From Daphnia carinata (lineage: Eukaryota), in assembly GCF_022539665.2 (NCBI RefSeq), contig NC_081333.1, positions 1,674,001-1,738,000 of the forward strand: DNA of 64,000 nt. Reading direction: 5' to 3'. A model generated the notes under the pieces. That model was not told the origin of the DNA. It saw nothing but the letters and a program-made list of their open reading frames with translations, and made no database searches. Shown piece by piece: positions 12,201 to 27,168 of the stretch. Position 1 is the first letter of the stretch, and every line of letters begins with the position of its first letter. Made by a program: the position numbers and the translations under genes.

Positions 12201-14106
12201 GGAGAAACACGCTCCTGTTCGAACTGACGTCAGTGAGGGAATCAAAGTATTAGTTCCCACCCAGGATGGTTTACAGGGTTCATTCCCAAAAATTGTGTTT
12301 ACCATTATGATTAACTGTAATTGTGATTTTGACTTTGTTTTGACGTAGATTCGTGGGAGGAGCCACAAGATCTAAGTGCCAAATTCGGCTGCAGCGTGTC
12401 AGTGGGCGAGCACTCATTCGCACAGATGGAGGATGATGTAGATAGACAAAAGCTGCTGGGCCAACCCAGTCATCAACGTGTTGGTCAGCCCGTTACTGAT
12501 CTCGATCACTTAACTTTGCAAGTCCAGGTGAATATGCGTTCAGTTGTTACGTCATATGTTTCTTACTATCTTTACAGGCCTTAAAAGCTTATCGACCAAC
12601 TTTGGTTCTAAAGGCCGAAATGAATCATCATTTGCGACTAACCTTTGTTCGATAACAATGCGCATCAAGTTTGTAGTTATCATGTGTACGAGCGCAAGAC
12701 GTCTTGATAGTTAGCGCATTAATCGGAGATTCAACGAGCTCACAAAAACATAGATCATAGTAGGACATGTGAAACAGATACGCCCGGCCTACGTCGTGCA
12801 GTAAAGTTTGGCATGCGCCACATCCCGACTACGTTTCGTGCAAGGCTGAATGGCGTAACAAGCATGAAACAATAGTCTTCTGCCAGGCAAAGCTACAACG
12901 GGATGTTTACTGTAATATAGTTGTTGATGTGGTATTACTGATTAGAAAAGAAATGTATCTTACCGGATGACGCTTAGCTGCGGTATCATCTAGATGCAAC
13001 CTTTTCTGATATGATTGGTTATTATTATTATTTAAAAATCTGATCATTGGCAACTCCTTCCACGCACGAAATCAACTGAAACTCGACTGTGGTCGAGAGA
13101 AGTTTGGTCGATGTTGCAATGGCGTCAATGCCTAGCAACTGACGTGTTGACGGAAAAAGGGTAGTAAACAACTGCGTGATTGTTGCGATCCCTAGAGTGT
13201 TGTAACCATTGTAGCATACATAATTGAGGAAATGAATCTGAACCTTGAGGATGTGGTAGGTATGGAAGTGTGAAAAAGTGTACAGTTTGGGCTGTGCCCA
13301 CATTTTTACATCGTCATGGCGACGGTGTAAACCCGTGTTTGCAATATCAGTTTGCGAATGTCATGTTTAGTTATTTACAGTGTCATGTTTACAAACAGTA
13401 GCTCCATTTTTTTCTTTTTTTGATTTATTTTCAGCATCATGAAAGGTACGAACGATTGCTGCGCCGAGCCAAAACCGAAGATTTGTCAGAAGTTTCCGGA
13501 ATTGGATGTCTCTACCAGAGCGGGACGGACAAGTTTGGTAGACCCGTAGTCGTCTTTATCGGCAAATGGTTTAATTTTAATGAAATCAATTTAGACAAGG
13601 TAAGATTGCCCTAAACAATGCGAACAATATCGTTATCAAACCCATTGTTTTGTTTTTTTTTGCAGGCTCTACTGTACTTGATCTCGCTACTCGATCCTCT
13701 AGTCAAAGGCGATTACATTATCCTCTACTTCCATACACTTACCGAGGGGCATAATCACCCATCCATGACGTGGATGCGAGAAGTCTACAACGTCTTGGAA
13801 TACAAGCACAAGAAGAATTTGAAAGGCTTTTACATTATCCATCCTACCTTTTGGACAAAGGTAAAATTCGTTGATAATGTTGTGTTAAACGCTTTGAAAT
13901 TATCGATTTGATACAAGGTGATGACTTGGTGGTTCCTAACATTCATGGCTCCGGCTATCAAAGACAAAGTCCATTCAGTACCGGGCGTCGAGTACTTGTA
14001 CAACATCATCAACATGGATCAGCTGGAAATACCCGCCTTCATCACCGAGTATGACATGACGGTCAACGGTGTCCGTTACGTCGAACAGCCGAGCAGCGAC
14101 GAATAG
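9201..14106 (+). CDS. GDAP2: Ganglioside-induced differentiation-associated protein 2 (macro domain + CRAL-TRIO/BCH), multi-exon
   Basis: Macro motifs [69 protein letters not shown]-terminal [52 protein letters not shown]. Confidence 0.92.
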
Positions 14107-15694
14107 TGAAGCCAGTTGAGCCCTGAAAACGATATGTCCACTTCCACGAGAGCCATCCCTCTTCTCTTTCGGCGTACGAAGTAACAAAACCAAAACAAAA
14201 AAGGTCCTTTCTGAACACACACACACACGCCCGATCCCCTCTTCCTTGTTCACATTAGTGTCGTCACACAATAAGATTTGTTGCGCGTAGAAGAAGAAAC
14301 TGGCCCATGATCAAAAGCCAGGCGGATGCAATAGTTTCTCGTTGCTGAGATCGTCCATTTTTTAATTGTTGATTCAATACTCTTGTTTCATTTAGTAATT
14401 AAGAAGATAGGAAAAAAAAAGGAGGGAGAAAAATCGATAGGCCGGGTGGACTAGTCGGCCGTTCACGTGTCCACAATTTTTTCGCTTGTTGGTCGTATTT
14501 TTGTACGTTGCTGCGAAACGTTTTTCTACATGGCCGTGCCATCCGTTAACAAAAAAAAAAAGTCTTTTGTGATCAGGTAAACACAACAAAAAATTGTTTA
14601 GGTGAAACCAAAGGAAAGGAATCGAAGAGCGGCATTGTTTCTTTATTTTTTATTATTATGCATATAATTATACGAAAGAGAATGAAGAGCGTAGCATGTG
14701 TCAAATTAGTGCCTCGCGATAGAACTGTGTAGGGATTTGTATCCGTCTTCCCATCTCTTTAGTCTCTTTGAGGAGTCTTCTTCTTACAATCGCTTAAACG
14801 TCCCACTCTCACTTTCCGCAATTCTTGGATATTGTGTCGATTTCCTCTTCTCTTTCTTGGCATCTTTTGGGCACTTTTCCAGCCGTTTATCTTTCCTCTT
14901 TGTCTCTCTCTTTTTGCTGGTTCGCACCATTCACAAAGTCGTTGTCTCCCATCCAGGTAAAGTTTTTTTTTTCTTTTTTGAAAGGGGGGGTTTCCATTAC
15001 CAAACATTAGTTATGCGACGACTACTAGATGCTATCTTAGATTTTTACCGGCCATTCGTGATTGTACGACCTTGCCCTCCTCTCATTCTCCCTTTCTCTC
15101 TTCTTGCCTCTCTCTTTTTCATTTCTTCTCAAATACTTACATCTAGTTATTATTCAATGAATTTTTCGTTCCACTATAAACAAACTTTACATCGGATGCT
15201 GTGAACGTGAGTTTTCTTTTTTCCATTTTTGTTTTTCGCGAACACACCAGCCAAAAGAAATAGTTGTTGAAGAAGAATATGCGAAGATTTATCAAAGCCA
15301 ACACACACACAAAACAAGCGAAAGAAAAAAAAAATTTAACCAATAACAGCCGCCCGAACTTTCGTGTAGCGTGTAGTTTATTGATTTATACGAGATTCGA
15401 ATACAAAATGATTAAAACGTTGTATTTTGAATTCTTTGTTTTTTTATATATTGAGGCTGACTGAAGGTCTGTGTGTCTTTGTGTGATGTCATAATGTTAG
15501 AGTGCCTTGTCATTGGTCAGAAAACACCTCAGGCATCATACGCAAATCTAGAACAGTTGTTTCGTTTTTATTCATAAGCTACATAATGAACGGGAAAACT
15601 AATACTGTTTTCGGACGTAGCAATTTAATTTGGGTATAGTAGGTGAAGTTTAATTAATTTCAAGTCGAAATCTTTTAAGTTTTTGTCGGCATAA

Positions 15695-16205
15695 ACAGGC
15701 CCGAGTAACACAAGGCCGACCTTTCCCCTAATTTTTATTTGTTATTTTAAAAAATTTCGATGTAGATATAAATACACATGATTTAGGTACAAAATTTAAC
15801 GAGGATGTGGTTACGTTAAAAGCACTATATTTCCTTTTTATTTACAAATTTACATAATCAACGAGAAAATTAATATTTTATTCGGAATCAGCATTAAAAT
15901 TAGGATATAACACACTAGATATCATCGTATTACAAGCCAAATTTTTTGGGTTTGAAAAAAAAAAACGGGATTGAAAATTAAGCCCGACAAAATAAGCCCG
16001 ACATTAAATTTTTTTTTTCAAAAACCTCACTACAGTTAAAAATTAACATTATTTATATACAAAATTTTACGAGGATCACGAAAATCAATCCCATTTTTAA
16101 ATGGGATTTCACTTTTTTGAGTTAATGAAATCCAAAGTTATATGCTTTTGCCATGCGAAATTCGAATGGCAAGCTCGCACCTAACCCCAATGTCCACGGT
16201 CTCAA
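15695..16205. mobile_element. Probable non-autonomous DNA transposon relic
   Basis: Motif caaaattt(a/t)acgaggat at ~15790 and ~16060 resembles caaaatttaacagggatcacgaaaat at ~63967; tandem taagcccgaca x2 (~15979-16002); dyad aatcccattttt-aaatgggatt. Termini not identified. Confidence 0.4.
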
Positions 16206-19200
16206 TTAAATCCTGAAGGCGACTGAATCTACTTCAATTGATTTGCTATTATGTATTGATGTCAATAATATATATTACGACGGGAACGGTAATTCCGTTC
16301 ATTTAGCGGAATGTGGTAGTGGCACCCGCACGCAAATAATGACCTTGCTGCCGTGAGTGATTCTGCGTACATGTTATTTCTCTCTCTCTCTCTCTCTTTA
16401 ATTTAGGGTTCTTTTTTTTTTTTATTCTTATTTTTTGGCAAGAATGCAAAGTGGTTTGGAGGTCTCGTGCGGAGCTGGCCACTCGTTTGATGGATGGGAA
16501 ACAGACAAGAGAGGCTTGTTGGGCTTTGCACAAACCCTTTTTTTCTCATTTTTTTCAAATCAAAGGTCGTGGCCGCCTTGACGTTACTAGTCCCCATCGG
16601 CATGTCTATTCCATCCGTCTGTTATTGCGTCTTACCTGTAGTCGACCTATTGCACAAGAGTCTTGAAATGGCCCGACGACCACCAATAGCATCAAGATAA
16701 TAAGGAAAATAAAAATAGGGGAGAACAGATGTTGCACAATATGTTCTAAATGTATCCATTTCAAGTTCTAAAGTGAACTCGTTTCACCACCTATATCGCA
16801 ATTTTAATCCAACGTGTGTCGTATGGTTTTTTTTGTTCTCCTTTAGAGGTCGTTTGTTCACTTCATCAGCGCTCATTAAACCTCTATCAAAACGAGCAGA
16901 TGTTCTCGGATAGGTAACCCAAAAAAATGCCAATTTAATTATAAGAAAGCGACGAACAACAAGGACGTTATTTTCAGTTTATTCTACATGGAGTTTGTAA
17001 TGATTCATAAATGACAACAAGGGTTAATATTTCTGCCTTGCGTCTCATGATTGGGGGAAATCAGGTCAGACTGAAAAATGTGTGCCACCACATTCGGCAG
17101 GGTTTGCTTGAACTTTGATCTTCTTTGCAAAAATATCGCCTGATTATGAAACATCAACCCCCGCGAAAAAATTGCGCATTCAAAAAAAAAAGAAATAAAG
17201 TCTAGTGACCTGATTTTGAGTATACCCTTTCATAGCGCAAACCACCCAGACTAAAAGAAAAAAAAAATTGGGTTGATGGAGGAAATATGCGCACATGCTG
17301 CTTTACCACGCACTTATGTCGGCACGAAATGCACGATCTCCGTAAACTAAGACGTAGTTTCGAAATGTTTTCAAACGGGAAAGAACTATAAAATTCAAGG
17401 TGAAAACTTCCTTTGTCTCCCCCCGGTCGTGGCAATCCCCCCGTTGAGCTCACTTTTAAGAACTTGTGTGTGCATACATTTACAAATGCCCGCTCAACAA
17501 ACGAACGGCCAGGCCGAATAAGAAACGAAATTCAACCATCCGTTTCTACCGAAAAATTGTTCCGACGAGCATCGATGATCGCATGTCTTTTGTTATCACG
17601 CATACGATGACTTCGAGTTTGAAGTTTTACAAAGTAGCCGTCTTTTACGGCCGTGCAACGGGCGTGAAACCAGACACGTGAAAGGTGCGTCCCACCTTTT
17701 TGGACATTTTTGTTTCTTCTACACCTTAACTTATTGAATGTTGATGGTGATAAAGACCTTGGTCTGATTCGCACACACACACACAAAAAGACAACTACCA
17801 ACGGCCTATATTTCATTTGAGCTAAACTTACTGCGTTACTGCTGTGCGACCTTGCGCACCGCGGGAGCGTGATCCGTGCGTCCGGGACGAAAAAAAAAAC
17901 TATTGTAAGGTAAAACTTAATGGTACCGTCACGAATTCAGATTTTTAAAAAAATTGCCCGTTATTCAGCTGAATTTTAATTATGCCGCTCACCCACTATA
18001 TCATCAATTATTCAATAAATCAACCGTACGTATTTAATTCTGGTTAGTCTCGTGACAACAATGACGTGTAAAAGATTTTCCTTATTTAGCATTGTACGGT
18101 TAGATTAGTTGGCATAGACGGATGAGCAAAGCAAACTATTTTTTCCTGGCCGGAAATCCAGGACATAATTACAAGAACAAAAGCCAAATAAAATTGGGTA
18201 CCGTTGGCAAAGATATTTTTGTTGTTGTTGTAATACTTTTAGCAACAGTTTTCTCTTGCAGGTAAAGATGCCATTGACATCTGCAAGAGAGAAAATCAAA
18301 GTATTTATTACTTGGGCTTAAAGCTTTTTTTTTTTCTTTCTGCTAAATGATTTGCGGTTTGCGCAGATTTCTCTAAAAAAAAGAGAAAGAAACAAAAATT
18401 TCGCCTCATTATTCACGCGTGATTTCCAATGTCTCGACACTATGTCAACCTTGTGTTACAAAGTGGGTACACACCGTTTAATGGATAACGGATTGGCAGC
18501 AAAGGTTACGCAGCTTGTCAATTGAAGCTGTTTAATGTGCATCTGTCCGAGATTTACACAATCAGCTTGACAAGGCTAAACGGAAGTTTTCGATTTAGAT
18601 GCATAACAAACGAAGGACTCGCCGGGGCGAGTCGTTGAACCGAGGTTCATACAGCATTTGTTTAAAAAAAGCTCACACAAAAATATTCTGGCTAGACTGA
18701 GAAAATTGAATTTCGTAATTGCAACCGTTTCAAATGTGATTTTTTTTTGGGCATAGTTTGAGAAATGCAATCAAAATGTTGATAGGTGGTTAAACGACGC
18801 TGCAGGGATACTCCCTTTTCGTGATGGAGTGTAATTCCATTTCGAAAAGGTCAATCAATAAATGGAGAAGGATTTTTCTTTAAAAAAATAAGATTTGTCT
18901 TACGAATGCAATTGAACAACAACAAAAAAATTAATCTATTTAAGAGAATCAAAAACAAGAAAGATTGGCATTCAATGGAAGTCTTATGTCTTGATACCCT
19001 TGTCAGATAATGACATATCAAAATAGTGTGATTTTCCTTATTTCACTCAAAAAAAATTTGGGCGCGGTCACATCCCGGTCATTATAAAAAAAAAAACTTT
19101 TATTGTTCCTCACGATAATGAAAACAGGTTCTTTTTTTAAGGGGATTTAAAGACAATGCGGGACACGTTGCAACAAAGTGAAATGGGACAAAGATTTCAG

Positions 19201-22200
19201 ATATTTTATTGAAAATTATGTTAAAAAAACAAGACACCGGACATGTAAAGCAAAACACATCTGATAAAATCTCGAATAAACATTATTTTTTTAAACGTCC
19301 ACAATAAAACGAATTGCTGCATAAGATCATTGGGATAACATCCACGTTGTGTCGAAAAATGATGAGCGAGGTTCGAATGACAAGTGTATCACATCCTGCG
19401 TCTCGTGGCGAATTCAATCCGTTTGTTGTTCAGAACTTTGTCCGGGCCAAATGCGATTTGAGCGATTTTTCGCAATTGGCGCATCTATTCCAACATTTAT
19501 AAAGTAGTTCTCTTCTTTCTACACGCACAACTTCATTTAGAAGCAGCACACATTCTTTTTCACAAGAAAAAGGGAAAGGTATACAAAGCTGACCCGTCAT
19601 TCGTCCTTCAATCGGGAATTTGGCGTTCACATGGACCGTCCCGTTCACCATACGCGTCATCAAGGTCATCAACTTTTTTTTTTTTCATCCTGCTCTTAAG
19701 AATCCCTCTCTCTTACACACATCAGAATAAACAAAGCACAGTTCTTTGTTCAATTTATTCCCATTTTCGTTTGTTTTTTGTTTTGTTTTTCACAATCGAC
19801 CTATAATGCTGATGTTTGGTAATCGCCTTTTATTTCGCCAGGAAAATGTAGGATTTAACTGAAAGTTATACAAGGTCGTTTATGCAAATTACTTGACGAA
19901 TTCATCTAGAAAGTAAAATTGCAGAGAAATATCTGGGGTGAAGATCAACGGCCATATTCTATGGATTTTCATTGAACGCGATAATGAATTCATTTGGAAA
20001 TCGTTAAATTAAAACGTTTCGAAAACGGTGTTGACATTTTGCCTTGAATTTTTGTTTTCGAAATGCTGTTACCGACGCGCTATTGATTCTTACAAGCTCT
20101 TTTTAACCGTCATTGTCGCATTCCTTGAATAAAAATAACACAGGTAAAAAAAAAAAAAGGTGGAATAGCAGAAATTTCCTGCAAAAGAACAAAAAAAAAA
20201 AGAAATTCTTATGGCTTCCACGCCGATTCTCCTTATCACATTTAAATTTTGTTGTTTCTTCTTCCTCCTTCAGCGTTAGCAGACCATAGGCACCGTTGTT
20301 CTTGCGTCTTCCATCCAATAAAAATCGATATTTTATGTGTATCGTCTTGAAATGTGTGAAAATCAATCGCTATTTCGCTATTCAATAAGATTCCATCATT
20401 TGGGTGGGGTGGCATGTTCTTTTCAGATGTGCGTATTGGGCAAAACAACAGTTAAGCAGTTGGAACTAGTTAGCCAGTGTAGCGTATATTACATCCGTCA
20501 TGATGTCTCATAGATGTCTGTCAAATATGTTTTTATCCGTCAGCGGGATCTGCCGATTCGCTTAATAAGGAAAAAAAAAAAAACGATAACGAGAAAATTA
20601 AAACGCTGCCAAGACTTTGAACTTTGTAGATGCACACAATTTTTTCTAAGGAACAAATGCTGATCCACCACGGGCATCACAAAAGACGAAGAGGTCAGCA
20701 GCAAACAGAAATTCCCGTTTTTTTTCCCGAAATTCTAATTTTCTCGGTTCTTTTTCATCAAGTCGAGGTCGATTAGTGAAACGCCATAGGAAAAGAAGAA
20801 AAAAAAAATATATAATTGGGCTTTCAATTCGATGTGGGCTAGTAGGTTGGTGCGATTAAGTTCAAAGACGCGAAGGATTTAAAAATGAGAGGAGGTGGTG
20901 TGTTGGTGGCGGATGAACGAAGGGGAGGCGAACGTGCGGGTCAAATGTCAGCATTTCTATGTGTATATACACACTCGTGTGTTTGTATTTGAAGTGGGTG
21001 CATGAAAAACATTTCTTTCAAAATCGAGGTCTCGAATTCCTTTTTTTTTTCTGTTCAATTTTCAAATGATTTCTGCAGACGTAGGGCGTGTATGTGCCCA
21101 ACGGGTGGGAATTATTGTCGTAAGAAACGTTACGAATATATACCGTTACATTTCGAATCTTTTGGCCTTTACTGACAACCGTCTTTTTACATGTTGCTCG
21201 AAATTTTGCGCCAAACACTGTGTGAATGACCCAAGTGGCGAAAAACGTCGTGACGTCACACGCGCTGCGGAAGTCTTTTTTTTTTCCCAATCCAATTTAT
21301 CTGCTAAATGAGAACAGAGTGTAAATATAGAATGAAGCGTATTTTCTCCTATATTTGGGAAACCAGTAAAGTGTTATTGGTTAAAACAAAAGTATGTCGG
21401 GCCTTCGTATAGTCCTGAGAATCTCGCCTTCGGTTGTAGATCATCTCATTTATTTACGGGATCATTATGTAGATGTGTACACACTTCATATTTTTCTTTT
21501 TAAAAAAATGGCTTACGTGTAGTTAAAAATAATATTAAAAAAAAAAAATGGGCAGAGTTTGAGCAGCAAAAAAGTGTGCCGGGGTTCCTAACCTACACAG
21601 CACATTAAAAGGATGTTCTTTGTAATATGGAGGCTAATAGCTCTAACGATTCAATACAGAGAGAGACCCTCAAAGTTTCTACGTATTTTCTAGGTCGTTG
21701 ACGTTCGTCCTCAAGTAGAACACATGGTTCGAAAAAAAAAAATACCTCGTTATGCTCTGATACTAAAATAAAAAATTATAGATTTTTATTTATAGACTGG
21801 AGCTGTTTTCACCTCTTTTTTTTTTTTTTAACGTAATGGTTACATAGGTGTTGATGTAAAAATAGAATGATGTAATTTGATTTTTTTTTGGGTGGATGTT
21901 ACAGATTTCATAGCGATCGCAGAGGTCAAAGAACTTAGGAAAATTGTGGAGTTTAAACACGATTTTATTTGACTTTTTTTGCGTATTTTGTTGGTTTTAC
22001 AATGGAGTTTTTTTTGTTTGTTTGTACAGACACAAAAATGATTTTTCTTCGCAGCTGACTCGATGATGACCAATTGTTGTATAATAATCGAAAGATTAAA
22101 GACAAAATGGATCAAGAGAGAAATTTTTAATCGTTTTTTTTTTCTCGAACATCAGCGCGCAAAAGAGACACACATAAAAATTGGATATGACACCTGAGGA

Positions 22201-25200
22201 TTTCCTTTTTTTTTTTTTCTTTTTTGTCATTCTTCTGTTCTCGATAATAGGAATTTTTGCTTTTTTCGTCTTAAAAAAAAAAATGTGGAGGTTTTTTTTT
22301 TTTTTTTTTTTAAAAAAAAAGGAAAACAAAATGGACCAACATCCATAATGTTGCGGCGACATCTGTGTCCCTCTTTTCGTGGATGGAAGAACATTTTGGT
22401 TTTACAAAAAAATCAGACAGAAATACAACAGGTGGGGTCGACATGTTTTTGTCACTATCCTCATCTACTCATCTCAACTACGAAAAAAGAAAAAAAAAAG
22501 CCAGAAGAAAAAAACAAAAGAGAATCGCACACATGTTTTTGCCTTGACCCCATTAATGACGATTACAATGAATAAGGAATTATAATAATAATAATATGTA
22601 TAATAGTATGTATAAGAAACTGTTTATGTATAAAGGGCAAAAACAAAAAAACCCCGAACCAGAGCGCATAATTGATTTGGAGAGGGTAAAAAAAATGTAA
22701 TTAACGAACCACACCAAAAGGGAAATTAAAAATTCATTTTTTTGTTGTTTGTCGAAATTTTTTTGTTTTCCTTCTAGTACAATAAATCTAGGGAAAAGGG
22801 TTTTTTAGAAGTTTGCATTTTTGGAAGATATTGTAAATCACATCCATTCAAACAATACCAAGGAGAAATTGGGGGAGGGTAAACAGCCGTTTTGTAATTA
22901 GCAGGACAATTATTCAGAGGACAAAAAAGAAAAAAGAAAAAAACTAAATGGAGGAGACATCGAGGGCAAAAAGAAAAAAGGATAACGTTGTATAATATAT
23001 CACATTGATTTCACCACAATAGCCGAAAAAATTTTGGGGGGCAGGGGGATGGTAGTGTTGAGGGAGGCAGAGTAATAATGCAAATTTTTTTGTTTGTTTT
23101 TGTTTTTATTTAAACCAAAATTGGCGTGTGTGTGTCGGCGCTGTGTGTGTGTGTCTAATGGAATCGATTCAAAACTCGCAAAGATCCGAACCTTCTTTTT
23201 TTTTTTCTTCCAAAAACAACAACAAAAAAAAAAAAGCTTCGTTCACGTCAGGTGCTTTTCTACTTGGCATCAAGAGATCGGCTCCAGAATTTTTTGTTTA
23301 AAGGAGATTTGACATTTAAAAAAAAAAAATTGGGGGGGAGGTTTCAATCTTTTCTCTGTTCAATGTCAGGTAAATTGGTTTTTTTTTTTTTTTTTTAGAT
23401 CAGGTGAGCCAGCTCTTTAAACATGTACAATCAAATTACATCGAAATAGGAAAGAAAATTCCTTTTAAACTCTCAAATGTGTTAATGAGTTCTACCCCGA
23501 GAAAGAACAAAAAAAAAAAATTCTTTTCCTTTTTTTTCCCGAAAATTGCGTTGGTTTTTTTTTTGTGTGTGTGTGTGTATGTGGTTGGGCGTATCACAGA
23601 CGAGCAAAGGCTACAATTTCCAAAAGAAATTTTTCGTTTTCTCTTTTTTCTTTTGTCGCAGTTTCTTTTTTTTTTTTCTTTCCTGATAAAGTTTAAAGAA
23701 ATAAATTGTCCAACAGAGAGTCGCAATATCTTTTTCGAGAAGATGGACGTCGAAATTGCAAAAAAAAATTAGTGTGGTAGGGCAGAAAAAAAAAGAAATA
23801 TTTTTGGCCAATTAATCACTTGACGTGAACGCATTTTTCTTACGGGGGGATTACACATTTTCTTTTGTTGCTCTCTTTTTTTTTTCTTCAGGCGATTCGG
23901 ATCTTGTCGGCCTTTCATTGTTATGCGAAACATGTTACGAGAAGTATTTCCTTTAAATGTTATAATAATCACATTTTTTTTTCACACGGAGAAAGTAGAT
24001 GAGGGAGACAATGAAAATAAACACAAAAGACGGTAACTAATTAATTTCCTATATATATATATATGTACCTATTCCCTCCGGAAGAGAAACAGAAAAAAAA
24101 AGTGTGTGCGGCATTTTCCCTTTTTTTTTTTTTCTTCTTTTTTTTTCGAGTGTGCATTAGAAACATTTTTTTTTTCTTGTTATTTTCCGAAATCTTTGAT
24201 TTTATGTCCCAGCTGACGCCGCTGTGGAGCGGACGGAGGTAGGGTCAGCGTGAATTGGAGGCCTTCTTGCACATTACAGGTTTTCAACTTTGATTTACAC
24301 AAGTTGAAAACCTTGAAAAATAACACATAAAAAAAAAAGGTACGAAGGACGAATTGGAGGGGGGGAAAGAGAACGGTTGTCGGATGGTGCTACCAAGAGA
24401 AACATATAAACATTGGGAAACACATCCTGACATTCAAACGACCCTACGCCTTTTAAACATGGGAAAACCCCCCCTCTCCCAACCTTTAAAAAAAAAAAAA
24501 ATTTTTTGTGTTGTTGATGGAATCACATTTTCGAAGGGCAGGATTTTCCACTCGCCTATTCAAAGGGAAAGGTCAGTCTTTTATATGTAGAGATCGCTCC
24601 CTCCTCCGCAGGTGAAGGGGAGAGTGTTCCAGAAGTGGGTCACCTTGCACGGATACAAAAGAGAGGATGCTGAAGGGGAAAGGGAAAGTAGTTGGACCTA
24701 ACACAAAAGAGATGCTACCTAGACGACCTCGTCGAAAAATGGTAAACATTAAAAAAAAAAGAAGGGGACGAGCTGAAAAAAAAAAAAACTAATTTTAAAG
24801 TGAGCCAGACATATAAAGAAGAGAGAAAGGAAGAAGAAGAAAAAAACCTTGGCATACACATACACTTAACGTACACACACACACGCACAGCAACAGTAGG
24901 GTTGTTTTCTTTTTTTTTCCTTTTTTTTTTAGGGGGAAGATGATTTTTTTTTTTAAAGAAATGGTGGTGGTGATTAAATGTATGATGCTGCCACTCGCTA
25001 CGTTTTTTATCTACACAGAACAAAATATAGAATTCTAGCTAAAGAGATGGGAAGGTCGAATTTTTTTTTTCTTTTTTAATACGAGTTTGGTTCATTTTCT
25101 TCTGAAAGGGATCAAGAAGAACGCCACGACGATAGTTTTGTCGGCGTAGGGGAGAGAGAGAGAGAGAGAGAAAAAAAAAGGAACATAAATCCACTTGCGT

Positions 25201-25419
25201 GTAAACACACACCAGGCGTCACGACGTGTGAAGTGTTGAATTTCCAGACACGCGACGATGGAAGACAGAGAGGAACCCTTCTCTCTCTGTGCTCGTCAGT
25301 TCAGACGGAATGAAAAAAAAAAAAAAAAAAGAAAAAACCTCTAGGACGGGGCAGTTTTTGTTGTTTGGTGTAGGATATCCTCCTCCCCCCTATCCTCTTG
25401 TTTGGTTGGTTTCTCATTT

Positions 25420-27168
25420 TTAGGAGCAAGCCATCCAGGCGCAGGAGCAAGCGCAAGGAGGTGAGCACGGATAGCAGGGAGTGGCCGTTGTGACGCTAGG
25501 CGGCGATGGTGTCGTCACGGCTGCTGTCGTACTGCCACTAGCCGTGCTCGTAGTGCTAGTAGCCGGAGGAGGAGTACTGGTGGTAGCTGGCGGAGGCAGT
25601 GATGTCTGCGGAGGAGGAGCAGCGGCAGGAGCGTAAAAGTATCCACCCGTGCTCGAATACACAACGGTCGGCTGGCAGCCGGAAATGCGCACCTCGTAGA
25701 CGGGCGCGTGATCATAACTGGCCGGATGATTGGCAGTGTGTTGGTGCTGCTGCTGCTGTTGTTGTTGTTGCATTTGCCGCTGATGATGCTGTTGCTGTTG
25801 CTGCTGCTGATCAGCGTAATAAGCTTGATAGGCGAGCTCTTGAATCAACGACAGCGTCTGTCGTCGTTCGTGGCCCATCAGACAGACGGTAGACTCGTCA
25901 ACGACGCTGTAGAGGATCATGAGGTAATCGTACTTGAGTGCCTCGTCAGCTCCGACAAAATGATTCCACAGGTAGTTGTCGAGCTTGAGCCGCTGCTGGC
26001 CGACGTCTGGAAAGTCGATAAAGAACCTGGAGCACATGTAGCGCTCGAACGTCTTGATCTGGTCGGGATCGGCTGGGCGGTAGTCCTTGACGAGCAAGTT
26101 GCAATACTTGAGCAGACCGCCGCCGCGAATCTCTTCCGGATTGCGGGTGGCGATCATCTTGTGATGGAGGTGGTAGTGGGCCTGACGGAAGTCGCCGTAA
26201 ACAGACTCGGCCACGACCGTCGGGTAAAACGACTCGCTGATGGGCATCGTAGAGGCGCAGTCGTAGAAGAGCACCAGCGAGTCGAGAATGATCTGAAACG
26301 AGTCGACGGAAAATTCAAACTGGCGACGCATCGTGTGGACGAATTTCAGCTCCACGTTCTTGCCGCGGTGGTTCGTGCCCAGCGAGATCAGCGACCAGCG
26401 ATCGCCCTCCGTCACCTTCACCATCTTGGAGACGTAAGCCTCTTTGAGAGAGCAGGAGAGCATGCGCGTGCGAGACACTCCGGCCGGCAGAAAGTCGAGG
26501 AGCGAGTCGAGCACGGCCGTTTTGATGCGGTCGTACGTGCGGGCAGAAGACAAGTCGACGCCAAAGATGAGATCCAAATCGTTGTACGCTTGCGGCTGGC
26601 ACCGATCCAGCGCCAAGACGTGAGAGGCAGCTCCGCCGTTGAGCCGCATGTCCTTGACCGGAACGCCGTCCGCTTCCAGTTTGGCCCGGACCAACGTTAC
26701 CAGGTCGCGCAGGCGCAGCTCCAGAGTCGGGAAGTTGCCCCGGCCGTGGATCAGCACCGTTTCGTTCATCACGTCGTGAAGTCTCGACACCTGCTCGTAG
26801 CTCAAAACGGCGAAGCGCTGCTGTTGCTGCTGTTGTTGCTGCTGCTGCTGGGCCGTAGCGGCCGCCACAGCCAGAGGTAAAGATTCCGTACTGCCGCCGG
26901 TGACGCTACTCCGGCTAGACAGCGAACCGCCAGAAACCGAAGCCGTAGAGACCAAACTGACATCTTCGAGATCACCATCGCCGCCCAAATCGTAGCCGCT
27001 GTCGCTGTCGCTGCTGTGCTCCGACAGCGACTCCACTTCCGTCTCGGCTTCGGCCAACGACAATTTGGCTGAAGTCAGATCCGTCAATTCGTCCACCACC
27101 TGATCGCTGCTGTTGCCGTTGACCACGTCAGAGAGTCGCAACATCTTCAGAGCGTCCATTGTAGCCAT
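25420..27168 (-). CDS. TENT5: Terminal nucleotidyltransferase 5 (FAM46-family non-canonical poly(A) polymerase), single coding exon
   Basis: [98 protein letters not shown]. First in-frame ATG at 27168; splice acceptor at ~27248. Confidence 0.93.
   Translation of the reverse strand: MATMDALKMLRLSDVVNGNSSDQVVDELTDLTSAKLSLAEAETEVESLSEHSSDSDSGYDLGGDGDLEDVSLVSTASVSGGSLSSRSSVTGGSTESLPLAVAAATAQQQQQQQQQQQRFAVLSYEQVSRLHDVMNETVLIHGRGNFPTLELRLRDLVTLVRAKLEADGVPVKDMRLNGGAASHVLALDRCQPQAYNDLDLIFGVDLSSARTYDRIKTAVLDSLLDFLPAGVSRTRMLSCSLKEAYVSKMVKVTEGDRWSLISLGTNHRGKNVELKFVHTMRRQFEFSVDSFQIILDSLVLFYDCASTMPISESFYPTVVAESVYGDFRQAHYHLHHKMIATRNPEEIRGGGLLKYCNLLVKDYRPADPDQIKTFERYMCSRFFIDFPDVGQQRLKLDNYLWNHFVGADEALKYDYLMILYSVVDESTVCLMGHERRQTLSLIQELAYQAYYADQQQQQQQHHQRQMQQQQQQQQHQHTANHPASYDHAPVYEVRISGCQPTVVYSSTGGYFYAPAAAPPPQTSLPPPATTSTPPPATSTTSTASGSTTAAVTTPSPPSVTTATPCYPCSPPCACSCAWMACS
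25743..25808 (-). repeat. CAG/CAA polyglutamine tracts in TENT5 (another at 26819-26851)
   Basis: Plus-strand (ctg/ttg)n runs translating to Q tracts either side of the catalytic domain. Confidence 0.9.

Noticed and set aside
25708..26880. 390-aa plus-strand ORF antisense to TENT5
   Set aside because: Shadow of a GC-rich, codon-biased exon; polyL mirrors polyQ; no domain.
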